A program made the position numbers and the translations under genes. The notes under the pieces are model-generated. The model was not told where the DNA came from, did not search any database, and saw only the letters and a list, made by a program, of their open reading frames with translations. A DNA stretch of 64,000 bases from Pelagomonas calceolata (lineage: Eukaryota), in contig CAKKNE010000003.1 in NCBI GenBank assembly GCA_918797485.1, forward strand, positions 2,728,001 to 2,792,000. The letters are read 5' to 3'. This document shows positions 20,138 through 29,056 of this stretch, piece after piece (position 1 is the first letter of the stretch; every line of letters begins with the position of its first letter).

Positions 20138-21079
20138 CTAAAGCCGGACGCCGGAGTCGTAGAACGACTTCACGCCGGACGCGTCGCAGTCCTTCCGCCA
20201 CGCGGTCTTCTTGCCGGACGCGCCGCGGACGCGCTTGAGCTGCTCGCCGGCGCTTTTGGCGACGGCGCCCGGCGCGCGCGTCAGCCGGGCCGGCTCCGCG
20301 CGGATCGCGCCAATTTGCGCGCGCGTGGCGCGGCCGGCAGAGACGGCCTTGTCGCTCGCGTAGGAGTAGATCTTCACGGCCTTGTCAGACGTGAACGCCG
20401 CGGCGGTCTTCGTGGCGGCGACGGTCTTATCCTTCGCCGTGCCCAGGAGTTTCTTCGTCAGGGACCGGACCCCCAGGCCCTCGAGGCGCTCGATCTCGGC
20501 GTCGCGCGCCGCGACGGACCGTCCGAGCGCCCCCGAGATGGCCTCGCTCCGCGCGACGTCGGTCTGCGCCGCGGCGCGCGCCTCCGCCGCCGCGGCCTTC
20601 TCGGCGGCCAATGCTTGCTCCGCCGCCGCGAGCTTCGCCTCCGTCGCGCCCAGTTTTGTCACCAACGTCAGGCTGCGCTGCTCCGCGGCCGCCTTGTCCT
20701 GGGCCGCGCCGAGCTTGACGCGCGCGAGGTCCGCGCCGAGGTCGTTGATCTGCTGCTTGAGGCCCTTGACGACGCCCTCCCAGGTCGACTCGACTTTCGA
20801 GAGCTCGAGCTTGTGCGCGCGCTGCGCCGACGTGAGGTCGTCGGCGGCCTGGCGCAGGCGGTCCGTGAAGCTCCGGACGGTCTGCTGCAGCGTCGACTTC
20901 TCGTCCGCGACCGTGAGCAGCTCCTTCTGCAGCTTGGTCACCTCCGACCGCTCGAGCGTGGCGACCGACGGCGTGACGCCGTTGACTTGGCCGTTCATGT
21001 AGGCCGGCTTGGTGGACAGCGGCGCCATGGCCGCAGCCGAGGACAGGCAGAGCGCGACGAGTAATGCAGTCGTCTTCAT
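20138..21079 (-). CDS. Signal-peptide-bearing (probably plastid) coiled-coil protein
   Basis: Leader MKTTALLVALCLSSAAAMAP; long heptad region; ends VKSFYDSGVRL. Confidence 0.7.
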   Translation of the reverse strand: MKTTALLVALCLSSAAAMAPLSTKPAYMNGQVNGVTPSVATLERSEVTKLQKELLTVADEKSTLQQTVRSFTDRLRQAADDLTSAQRAHKLELSKVESTWEGVVKGLKQQINDLGADLARVKLGAAQDKAAAEQRSLTLVTKLGATEAKLAAAEQALAAEKAAAAEARAAAQTDVARSEAISGALGRSVAARDAEIERLEGLGVRSLTKKLLGTAKDKTVAATKTAAAFTSDKAVKIYSYASDKAVSAGRATRAQIGAIRAEPARLTRAPGAVAKSAGEQLKRVRGASGKKTAWRKDCDASGVKSFYDSGVRL

Positions 21080-21375
21080 CGTGATGCTGCTTGCAACTAA
21101 AATGCTACTAATAGATGGTGCACTCAACGCGGTGTTCGATTAATGTAACCAGTGGTCACCAGCTGAGCTCTAGCAATTTTGGAACTCGTTTTTGCTCGTC
21201 ACGCAACACTAGCCAAAGGCACTAGGCTTTTCGTACGACGTCGTGCATGCGCATAGTATCGTGTTTCGATCCATCCCGGACCGCTTCGAGTAAGTCCCGC
21301 CCCAAAACCCACGCAAGGCCTGCAAACAAAAGTGAGAGGCAGCCCAAGCAGCAGCATGGGCAGCATGGAGCAGAA

Positions 21376-24300
21376 ATGCTGAAACGACTCATATTCATCG
21401 CCGTGGCACGCGCGCACGTCGTGCACGAGCTGTTCGACAGCGCGCACCGGCCGGAGCTGCCGTCCCTCCCATTGGTCTATGATGATGGCGCGACGCAGCC
21501 GCTGCGCCTCTGGGAGGGCGACGACGTGGTTGCATCCCTCGCGGCGGCAGGGCCTCAAACAGGTCCGGCCTACGTCGACCGCGTCGTGCGCGCGGCGTAC
21601 GCGCGCGCGCACGCCGCAAATAGGACGCTGCGGCGGCGCTGGGCCGTAATCGTCGCGTCGCCGTCCGCCAGGATCACGCGACGTACCGCCACAAAAGCGC
21701 TGTGGGCGTCGGCACTCTCAGCCTGTGCGCATGCCGCTTCTGTTGTCGTGGTGGCGGACGGCTTTTCCATCTCACAAGACGATCGCGCGGCGTTGGGGAC
21801 GGCCTTGAACGCCTCGGGCTGTGTGCGGGCGTCGCTTGTCGTGCTGCGCGAGTGGACGGGGCCCGCGGCGGCGTACGCCGCCGGCGCCGCATCTGTCACC
21901 GACGAGCGCGCGATGCTGCTGTTCGTGCCCTGGGGCGTCTCGCTCGCGGAAGACGCCTTCGTGGCCTACGAGCGGATGCTGCGCGGCTATGGTGATAGCG
22001 TCGTGGCGTACGCGCCGACCCACAAAAACGGCTGCTCGCGCCTGCCGGTCGTCGCCGTCGATGCAACCAAGTGGCGCGCGATCCCAAAGCCGGACGTCGG
22101 CTACGCGCTCGACGGCGGCGTCGCGGCGTGGCTCGCGGCGCTGGAGGATTCTGGAGACGCCGTCGAGGCGCGGTGGAGAGTAGAGACTAGTAGTCCTGAA
22201 GAGGGCGCAATCCTGCTCGACCTCGACTGGGAGCGCCTGATCCAGCGCGACGCGGACCAGTTCCACCTGGCGCGGCGCGAAATTGGAGAGCCACCTTTAC
22301 AAGAACGTCAGACATGGCTCCGAGGCCCGAGCGCCATCTCTACCCAGCGGCACGAGCGCGAGGGCCGGGGAGAGGGCACGGTCGCCGCGTCCCTCTGCGT
22401 TTATGATGATGATCGGTTCCTCGAGAGCCTCGTGGAGGACCTCCTGCCGCGGCTCCGTCACCTCATCATCTCGCACGCGACGGCGCCGTGGTTCGGTACG
22501 GCGCGGCCGGCCGGGTTCCTGAGAGCAGCACAAACAGTCGACCGCATCCGCAGCAACGCACCAGACAAGGTCCGCGTCGTCAACGGCGCCTGGCCGTCGG
22601 AAGAGGCCCAGCGGAACGCGGCGCTGCAGCTCGCCGCCACGTTACTCCCGAGACCGACGCACTTGTTATTAGTCGACGGCGACGAGTTCTGGCACCCCGT
22701 GGAGTTGGACCGGGCCCTCGCGTTGGTCTACCAGGCCTCGCAGACACGAAGAATCAGTTGGGTGCGCGCGACGATGGCCACGTACTTCAAGACCGTGCGC
22801 TTCGTCGTCGACCCGCCGGAGCCCTTGAAGATCCTGTGGCTCGTCGAGGTACCCCTTCACCATACTCCGGTGACCTGCGGCTTCTCGGAAGCGCGGAACT
22901 GGGCCTGTTCTTCATCAGATGCATCGATCGACCTCGCTGCGACGATCGAGGCCCTGGGCACCTTTGTAGATCCTACAACTGCCAAATGCCACCATTTATC
23001 TTATGTGCGCACGACGGAGGAACTGCACGACAAATTAACGTCCTTCGCGCACGCGCGCGACGTGCGCGAGAATTGGCTGCGCGACGTCTGGCATGCTTGG
23101 GATATGAACAAAAGCCTCGAGGACCTGCACCCGACGCACCCTCCGGCGTTCAAGCGCACGGTCGTGCAGGAATTGCACGAGATGCCGCCGGCGTTGAGGA
23201 GGCTGGCGGAGGTGAGCGGTACTCCTTCCATCTTGGAGCTGGGACCGCCGCCTCCTCTTGTGGAACCCCCGGTACGTCAAGACCAACCTGTCACGGAGGA
23301 GGAAACGGACCTGCAGTGGAAGACGCTCGCGCCGGGCCACTTCGAGAGCGTGCTGACCGCGGCCGAGTTGCAAAGGAGGCCCAAGTTGGACATAGACGCC
23401 ACGCCCTCGGAACCGCGGTGCGATTCTGAGGGAGCGCCGCGCTTCGTTGTTCTCGTGCTAGGCGAGGGCGAGCTCGACGATAGCACCGAGGGCGTGTTTG
23501 CGGACTCAGCTGAAGCTGTGGCCGACGCGTTGAGGGAGCTTGGAGTTTCTAGGGTTTCCGTCGTGTACTGCGCGGATGCGAGATTATGTAAAGCGCCGCG
23601 CGACGCTCCTTTTTTCACCGTCGTACTAGGAGCGCACCACTTAGCTCGCTACCGTTTTGATGATCACGGCGTGTCAAAGACCCTGTGCGAGATGCAGGGC
23701 TGGCCGGCCCCCGATTCGTCGGTGCTGTACAATTTCGAAACGGTCAATGAGCAGACGCTGCTCAAGGACATCTTCCCGCGGTGGGCGCTCAAGAAGCACC
23801 TCTGGGACTACTCGTCGGCGTCGGTGCTGAAGCTGGCGCGGTTGAAGATCGACGCGCGGCACGTCCCGCTCGGGTGGTCTGACTCGCTCGAGCGGTATGC
23901 TCCCGTTGACGAACAGAGAGACCTGGGCGTCGTGTTCGTCGGTCGCATGAACGGACGGAGGAGGCAGGTCCTCTTGGAACTAAGAAAGAGGGGCGTGCCG
24001 GTCTACCACGCCAACGCCGACGCCTTGCTCTTCGGCGATGGGTTGCGAGATGTTCTTAGAAGAGCACGCGTCGTGCTCTCGCTGGCATACTTCGGCGACG
24101 CCGACGAGTGGAAGGCGACGCGCTACCTGCCGAGCATCGCCGCGGGGGCCGTCGTCGTCGCCGAGGCCGGCGGTGCGCCTCTGGAGCGGGAGGCCTGGCG
24201 CGAGGCCGTGGTGTTTGTGGAGGGCGTCGAGGCCATGGTCGATGTTGTGAAATTCTACGCGTCTAACGAAACGGCGCGGGCAGAAAGGGCCCGGCGCGCG

Positions 24301-24471
24301 GCGGCTGTTTTGAAGGCGCGCAGATTCGCGGCGGCCCTGCGTGGCCCCGTCGAGGACCTCGTGCTCGGGTCGTGCCGGTTCTGGCGGGCGGCTGATGTTG
24401 GGGATGCGGAGGCTTGGCGGTGGCGTGTGGCGGCGACTTCGTCTTCTTCCGCTTCCGGGGGTGAGCTCTAG
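21376..24471 (+). CDS. Secreted/ER multi-domain glycosyltransferase (GT-A-like plus C-terminal GT-B-like)
   Basis: Signal peptide; GT2-like LLVDGDEFW and HHLSYVR; Glyco_trans_1_2-like DLGVVFVGRMNGRR...LRRARVVL...VVVAE; ends GEL. Confidence 0.7.
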   Translation: MLKRLIFIAVARAHVVHELFDSAHRPELPSLPLVYDDGATQPLRLWEGDDVVASLAAAGPQTGPAYVDRVVRAAYARAHAANRTLRRRWAVIVASPSARITRRTATKALWASALSACAHAASVVVVADGFSISQDDRAALGTALNASGCVRASLVVLREWTGPAAAYAAGAASVTDERAMLLFVPWGVSLAEDAFVAYERMLRGYGDSVVAYAPTHKNGCSRLPVVAVDATKWRAIPKPDVGYALDGGVAAWLAALEDSGDAVEARWRVETSSPEEGAILLDLDWERLIQRDADQFHLARREIGEPPLQERQTWLRGPSAISTQRHEREGRGEGTVAASLCVYDDDRFLESLVEDLLPRLRHLIISHATAPWFGTARPAGFLRAAQTVDRIRSNAPDKVRVVNGAWPSEEAQRNAALQLAATLLPRPTHLLLVDGDEFWHPVELDRALALVYQASQTRRISWVRATMATYFKTVRFVVDPPEPLKILWLVEVPLHHTPVTCGFSEARNWACSSSDASIDLAATIEALGTFVDPTTAKCHHLSYVRTTEELHDKLTSFAHARDVRENWLRDVWHAWDMNKSLEDLHPTHPPAFKRTVVQELHEMPPALRRLAEVSGTPSILELGPPPPLVEPPVRQDQPVTEEETDLQWKTLAPGHFESVLTAAELQRRPKLDIDATPSEPRCDSEGAPRFVVLVLGEGELDDSTEGVFADSAEAVADALRELGVSRVSVVYCADARLCKAPRDAPFFTVVLGAHHLARYRFDDHGVSKTLCEMQGWPAPDSSVLYNFETVNEQTLLKDIFPRWALKKHLWDYSSASVLKLARLKIDARHVPLGWSDSLERYAPVDEQRDLGVVFVGRMNGRRRQVLLELRKRGVPVYHANADALLFGDGLRDVLRRARVVLSLAYFGDADEWKATRYLPSIAAGAVVVAEAGGAPLEREAWREAVVFVEGVEAMVDVVKFYASNETARAERARRAAAVLKARRFAAALRGPVEDLVLGSCRFWRAADVGDAEAWRWRVAATSSSSASGGEL

Positions 24472-24585
24472 TTGTATAAGTGTTATTCATGTTCGCACAT
24501 TAGCACAGGGGCACAGCGGAGACATAAGGGAGGGCGTTGTTGGGGGAGGGAACAAAAATAGGCGGCGTCGGCGCGGGCCGCGCGA

Positions 24586-26298
24586 CTACTTCGCCGGCGC
24601 GGCGACCGGCGCGCCGCAGCCGCACGGCGCCCAGCGCGCGCGCGGCTTGGGCGGGTAGTTCTTCGGGCCCTTGACCTTGCGGACCGCGCCCCTCTTCTTC
24701 GCCGGGAGCGGTCGCCCGAGGCCGAACGAGTCCGGCACGTCTGAGAGGCCCCCGGCGTCGACCTTCTTGAGGAACTTCTTGCCCTTCGCCTTGAGCGCCA
24801 GTGTGGGCCCGAGCATGGCCCAGAGAAACTTGAGGAGGCCGCCGTGGTGCATCGGCGCGGCGTCGAAGAGCCGGCTCTTCAGCACGAACATCGTCGCCGC
24901 CGGGTGGCACTTCTCCAGCGCGTCCATGTTCTTCGTCGAATAGTACAGGAGCGCGGGCAGAGTCTTGTGCGAGAAACGTAGATTCTCGCCTGACACGAAG
25001 TAGCACAACGAGTTCTTGAACGCGTCGTCGACGCAGGTCGCCTCCAGGTAGGCCGTGAGCGCCGCGGAGAGGCAGACGTTGAAGAGGTTCAGCGACGGGC
25101 CGAGCTTGATGCTGTCGGCCGAGAAGATCTTGAATGCATCATCCACGACGTTGTAGCCGAACAGTTCGTCGGGAGCGGTTTCGTAACCGGCCGTGGCGTC
25201 GACCACCAGGCAGCCGGGCGCGATCGGCAGGCGGCCCTGCTGGAGGATGATCTCGCCGGGCTCCACGGCCACGACGCGCCCGAGCCGCACCGCCGCCACG
25301 GAGCGGATCTGCTCGAGCTGGGACTTGTTGATCGTGGCGCCCTTGAAGACGCGCGGCGGTTCGCCGCCCGGGAAGATGCGGGCGCAAATGCCCTCCTTCT
25401 CAAGGCCTAAGGCCACACTCATGGAGTCCGACGCTTCCAGGAGCGCAGGGAAGAATTTTGCCATCGCCTCGTAGTACCCGCTCGTACGAGACGGCCAGAT
25501 GCCGTCGCGAAGGAACATCCACCTGTCGTGCGGCACGATCCACGTGATCGCGTCCGTCGAGACCTATGCGCATATCAATCAGTGAGTCGGGCGGTCGATG
25601 GCGTGGAGGGATTCAGCCGTGGCGACGCGCCGCGACGATTTGATTTATGCACTGATCGGGACGCCCGAGTCGAGCAAGTGACACACCGCATCGACGCCGC
25701 TCTTGCCCGCGCCGACGACGACGTAGGACGACGCGTTGGGCACTTCGAGGGCGTTGAGGGGCCGGCACTCGACGCCGTCGGCGACGGGGAACGGCGGCGG
25801 CCGCGTCGACGGCACCTGGACGTTTGAGATAGTAGTGACGGTCTTGCGCGGCGTCACCCACGTGGTCGCGCCGTCGTTGGTCGTCAGCAGGGCGCGCGCG
25901 CCGCGCGCCTCGTAGGAAGTCTCCAGCCGGATATCGACCCGTCCGCTCGCCTCGAACTGGGCCAGGACCTTCTCGTAGTAGGCGACGACCTCCGGGCCCG
26001 AAGCGAGGTCGTCGCGGTCGAACACCTCGCGGCCTTTCGCATCCCTCGCCTTCCCGAGCGGCAGCGAATTCACGCCATAATAGTGGGAGGGCTGGTGGAG
26101 GCGCACGAACGGGTACGAATCAACCCAGTGGCCGCCGGCCTTGGCGCGGCGGTCCACGAGCACCACGCGGCACGTCGGGTCCTCGGTGAGCAGCGTGTCC
26201 ACAAACGCCATGCCCGCCGCGCCGGCGCCGACCACCAGGTAGTCGCAGCGCAGCTCGTTCGACGGCGCCTCCTTGCTCTCGTCATTCGCGGCCATCAT
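24586..26298 (-). CDS. FAD/NAD(P)-dependent oxidoreductase, 537 aa; exons 25663-26298, 24586-25563
   Basis: DYLVVGAGAAGMAFVD, GGHW.DSYPFVRLHQPS..YGVNS, YVVVGAGKSG.DA, ITWIVPHD.W; joined by removing 25564-25662. Confidence 0.88.
25564..25654 (-). mobile_element. Introner element IE-5 (intron 25564-25662, GT-AG, 99 nt, contains an in-frame stop)
   Basis: TIRs CTATGCGCATATCAA / TTGATTTATGCACTG; TSD GTCGAGAC (25556-25563) / ATCGGGAC (25655-25662), 6/8; internal GTCGATGGCGTGGAGG shared with IE-1. Confidence 0.88.
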
Positions 26299-26588
26299 GC
26301 TGGCGCTCTGTCCGCAGTTCTAAGCTACGGTGGGCTGCGGTTTTGCAGTGAGAGCAGTGCTGTGCCTTCCGGTCGTTTGTGGCCGGGAGTGTGTTATAAA
26401 TGGCGGCGGCTGGTGAGCTCAACCGCTGGGTTATCAAGAGCCCTAGACACCACCGCGGTGCGTAGTTTGCTCCGGGCACAGCGAGTACAGCTGCTGCCCC
26501 TTGCGCCAAGTGATTCCTAGTGTGTCTAGACTCGGAAGCGCGCCCGAACGCCATCGACGCGAGGCATCAGAGTAAACTTCCCACAACC

Positions 26589-27410
26589 TTACGCGTCCGC
26601 GAGCGCCTTGCACGCGTCCAGGCCCACGCCGCCGACCTCGAGGTCGTCGACGACCTTGTCCGCCAGATCAAAGTTCTCCCGGTAGGCGTAGGACGACTTC
26701 GTGACGATGACGTTCATGCCGGCCGCCTTGCCCGCCGCCAGGCCGATGGACGAGTCCTCGATGACGACGCACTTGGCAGGTTCCAAGCCCATCTTCTCCG
26801 CGGCCAGCAGATAAACATCGGGAGACGGCTTCTTCTTCTTGACGACGTCGCCGGCGTAGATGGGGATCTTGTCGGCGCGGGCGTCGCCCATGAGCACTCT
26901 GACTAAATTCGAGACGGCCTGCTCGGACGACGTCGAGCAGACGCCGACCGGCACGCCGTCAGCTAAAGCTTCATCAATTAAATTCAGAACCCCTTTTCTG
27001 ATCGGAATCTCGCCCTTGGTGATCATCTCGTTGAAGATGGCCGTCTTCCTCAAGTGTAACTCCTTGACGAGAGCTTGCTGGCTCTCGGCGTCCTCGTAGC
27101 CCGCCGGCCACCCCACTTCGTTCCAGTGCGCCGTCATGCGCTCCTTGCCGCCGCCCGTCTCGAGCAATTCGCCGTAGTGCTCCTTCGTCCAAACGTCCGC
27201 GAAGCCCTTCTCCTTAAAGGCCGCGTTGAACGCCGGCCGGTGGCCGTCGGGCTCCGTGTCGGCGATGACGCCGTCGCAGTCGAAGAGGAGCGCCGAGATG
27301 GCCATGCGCGGCGCGGCGCGCGCGGTCGCGCGCGCGGCACGCTGCGGCAGCGCTGGCCTGAGGCCGGCGGCGCCGGCCGCGAGTGCGACGAGGACCGATG
27401 CGGTCTTCAT
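26589..27410 (-). CDS. cbbY: Plastid HAD-superfamily phosphatase, CbbY-like
   Basis: LLFDCDGVIADTE.DGHRPAFN, GGGKERM, AGDVVKKKKPSPDVY, VIEDS.IG; bipartite leader. Confidence 0.9.
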   Translation of the reverse strand: MKTASVLVALAAGAAGLRPALPQRAARATARAAPRMAISALLFDCDGVIADTEPDGHRPAFNAAFKEKGFADVWTKEHYGELLETGGGKERMTAHWNEVGWPAGYEDAESQQALVKELHLRKTAIFNEMITKGEIPIRKGVLNLIDEALADGVPVGVCSTSSEQAVSNLVRVLMGDARADKIPIYAGDVVKKKKPSPDVYLLAAEKMGLEPAKCVVIEDSSIGLAAGKAAGMNVIVTKSSYAYRENFDLADKVVDDLEVGGVGLDACKALADA

Positions 27411-27433
27411 CGTTGCAGTGGACCTGTGCGTGC

Positions 27434-27532
27434 GGCGTGTCGTCTGATTATTTGCTCTCCGGCAGCGTGTCGTGATTTGCTCTCCGGTGGCGCAGCGTGT
27501 CGTCTGATTGGCTCTCCGGTTGTGCTCTCCGG
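27434..27532. repeat. Imperfect tandem repeat (GCGTGTCGT..GATT..GCTCTCCGG x3-4) upstream of cbbY
   Basis: GCTCTCCGG occurs four times and GCGTGTCGT three times within 100 nt. Confidence 0.6.
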
Positions 27533-27894
27533 CTCTTTGCGACGGTCTATTGCAACGATTGCTGCTTCGGATCGATTTGGTAGCGTATACTGCTTATGAA
27601 ACGAGCTGCGATTGCATTCAGGACGCTGGCGCCGACCCACAAGCCCTCTTTACGTGTGTCGTGTATGCGAAACTCTAGTATGTCTTACTGTAGCAACCCG
27701 AGCCTTTCTCCCGTTGCGGTTGTCTGAGGCGTGCCTCCGATGACGGGAGGACAAGCCTCGACGCCGTTCGACCAGTTTAGCAAAGCCTCTCCTTCAGATG
27801 GCTGACATTGCTCGTTGAGTGTGGAACGCGCGCGGGCCACACAGGCAGCAAAACGGAGCCTCCAGCCGCGAAACGTTCGCGCTCGGACGCAGCC

Positions 27895-28715
27895 ATGGTG
27901 AAAGCCGGGGATGCGATCCCTGATGTGAAGGTCCATGCAGGCAGCAGTGTCCCTCCCACAAAGCAGCCTCCGCGCAACTCGCGCGACGTCGTCGCGCGAG
28001 GGCTGCGTCACGAGCCGAAGGCGACCGTTGCGCGAAGAACGTAGAGTGAGCTTCGAAACGGTCGTTCGCACGCGCCCGGCCGAAGCGAGACACGAAGCGC
28101 GACTGGAGAGCCGAGAGACAGCACGCACACGCCGTCACGCACGCAGGACGGCCTCGAGTTCAACCCGCCCGTCTTCCTCGACGTGCGCAAGGCCTGCGCC
28201 GGCAAGAAGGTCCTGATCATGGGCCTGCCCGGCGCCTTCACGCCCTGCTGATCCGAGTTCCAGGTCCCCGGCTACGTTTGTGAACTGTGTGGAAATCGAA
28301 TTTCAGGCGCCCGACGCCATCGACGCGATCTCACTGGTCGCTTTCCGCACAGGTCGCGAAGAGCGCCGAACTGAAAGCCAAGGGGATCGAGAAGGTCTTT
28401 GTGTACTGCGTGAACGACGCGGCGGTCATGCGCGCCTGGGCCAAAGACCAGAACATCGACGGGACGGGCCTCGTGACCTTCTGGGCGGACAACCTGTCCG
28501 TCCTCACCAAGGCCCTGGGCATGGAGATCACGCACAACGGCCCCTGCGGCGACCTCGGGCCGGGCCGCTGCAAGCGCTTCGTCGCGTGCGTGACGGACAA
28601 TACGGTGGACTGGGTCCAGGTCTCGGAAGCTCCCGACGACCCGGCCGGCGACAACGACGCCGAGGGGCCCGTGACGGCGGAGACGCTCGTCGAGAAGGTC
28701 CTGACGCTCCTCTGA
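27895..28715 (+). CDS. Selenocysteine-containing peroxiredoxin (Prx5/type II), ~175 aa; exons 27895-27930, 28147-28275, 28353-28715; Sec TGA at 28249-28251
   Basis: MVKAGDAIPDVK...GKKVLIMGLPGAFTPC*SEFQVPGY|VAKSAELKAKGIEKVFVYCVNDAAVMRAW...RCKRF. The TGA is at the peroxidatic Cys position and a SECIS-like hairpin follows the stop. The intron 1 donor may be GT 27931 or GC 27937. Confidence 0.88.
28285..28352 (+). mobile_element. Introner element IE-6 (intron 28276-28352, GT-AG, 77 nt)
   Basis: TIRs CTGTGTGGAAATCGA / TCGCTTTCCGCACAG; decayed TSD GTTTGTGAA (28276-28284) vs GTCGCGAA (28353-28360); frame restored (PGY|VAK). Confidence 0.88.
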
Positions 28716-28724
28716 GGCTCGTCT

Positions 28725-28802
28725 GCGCGCTCCGAGACGCTCTTATGACGCCGGCCCACACTCATTTGTGGGTCGGCCGACCCCCGTGCGTTCCGGGTGT
28801 GC
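28725..28802 (+). promoter_or_regulatory. SECIS-like element in the peroxiredoxin 3' UTR
   Basis: ATGAC (28745-49), 11-bp stem GCCGGCCCACA / TGTGGGTCGGC, loop CTCATT, CGAC (28778-81); lower helix 28725-28740 pairs with 28788-28802. Confidence 0.75.
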
Positions 28803-29056
28803 CACCGTTGCCTCCAATTGATTAATCTATAACTGTCTATAACTCCCTCTCGCTGCGGCGCGGCGCGGCGACGGCGTCCGACGTCGCGGCGCCCCGGCGA
28901 CCCTCGACGCCGCCGCCGACGCGGAACGGCGTCGCCGCCCCCCGGGCCCCCCAACTTGGGCCCCAAGACAGCCTAGGCGCCCTAGAGCTAAGCACTGGCA
29001 AAGCACAGCCAAAAGAGACGATAGAAGGAGGTTATGTGTGAAACCCCAGGAGCGGC

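Noticed and set aside
28249..28251. TGA as a nonsense mutation (pseudogene)
   Set aside because: It falls exactly on the catalytic Cys codon, the rest of the gene is intact, and a SECIS-like hairpin follows.
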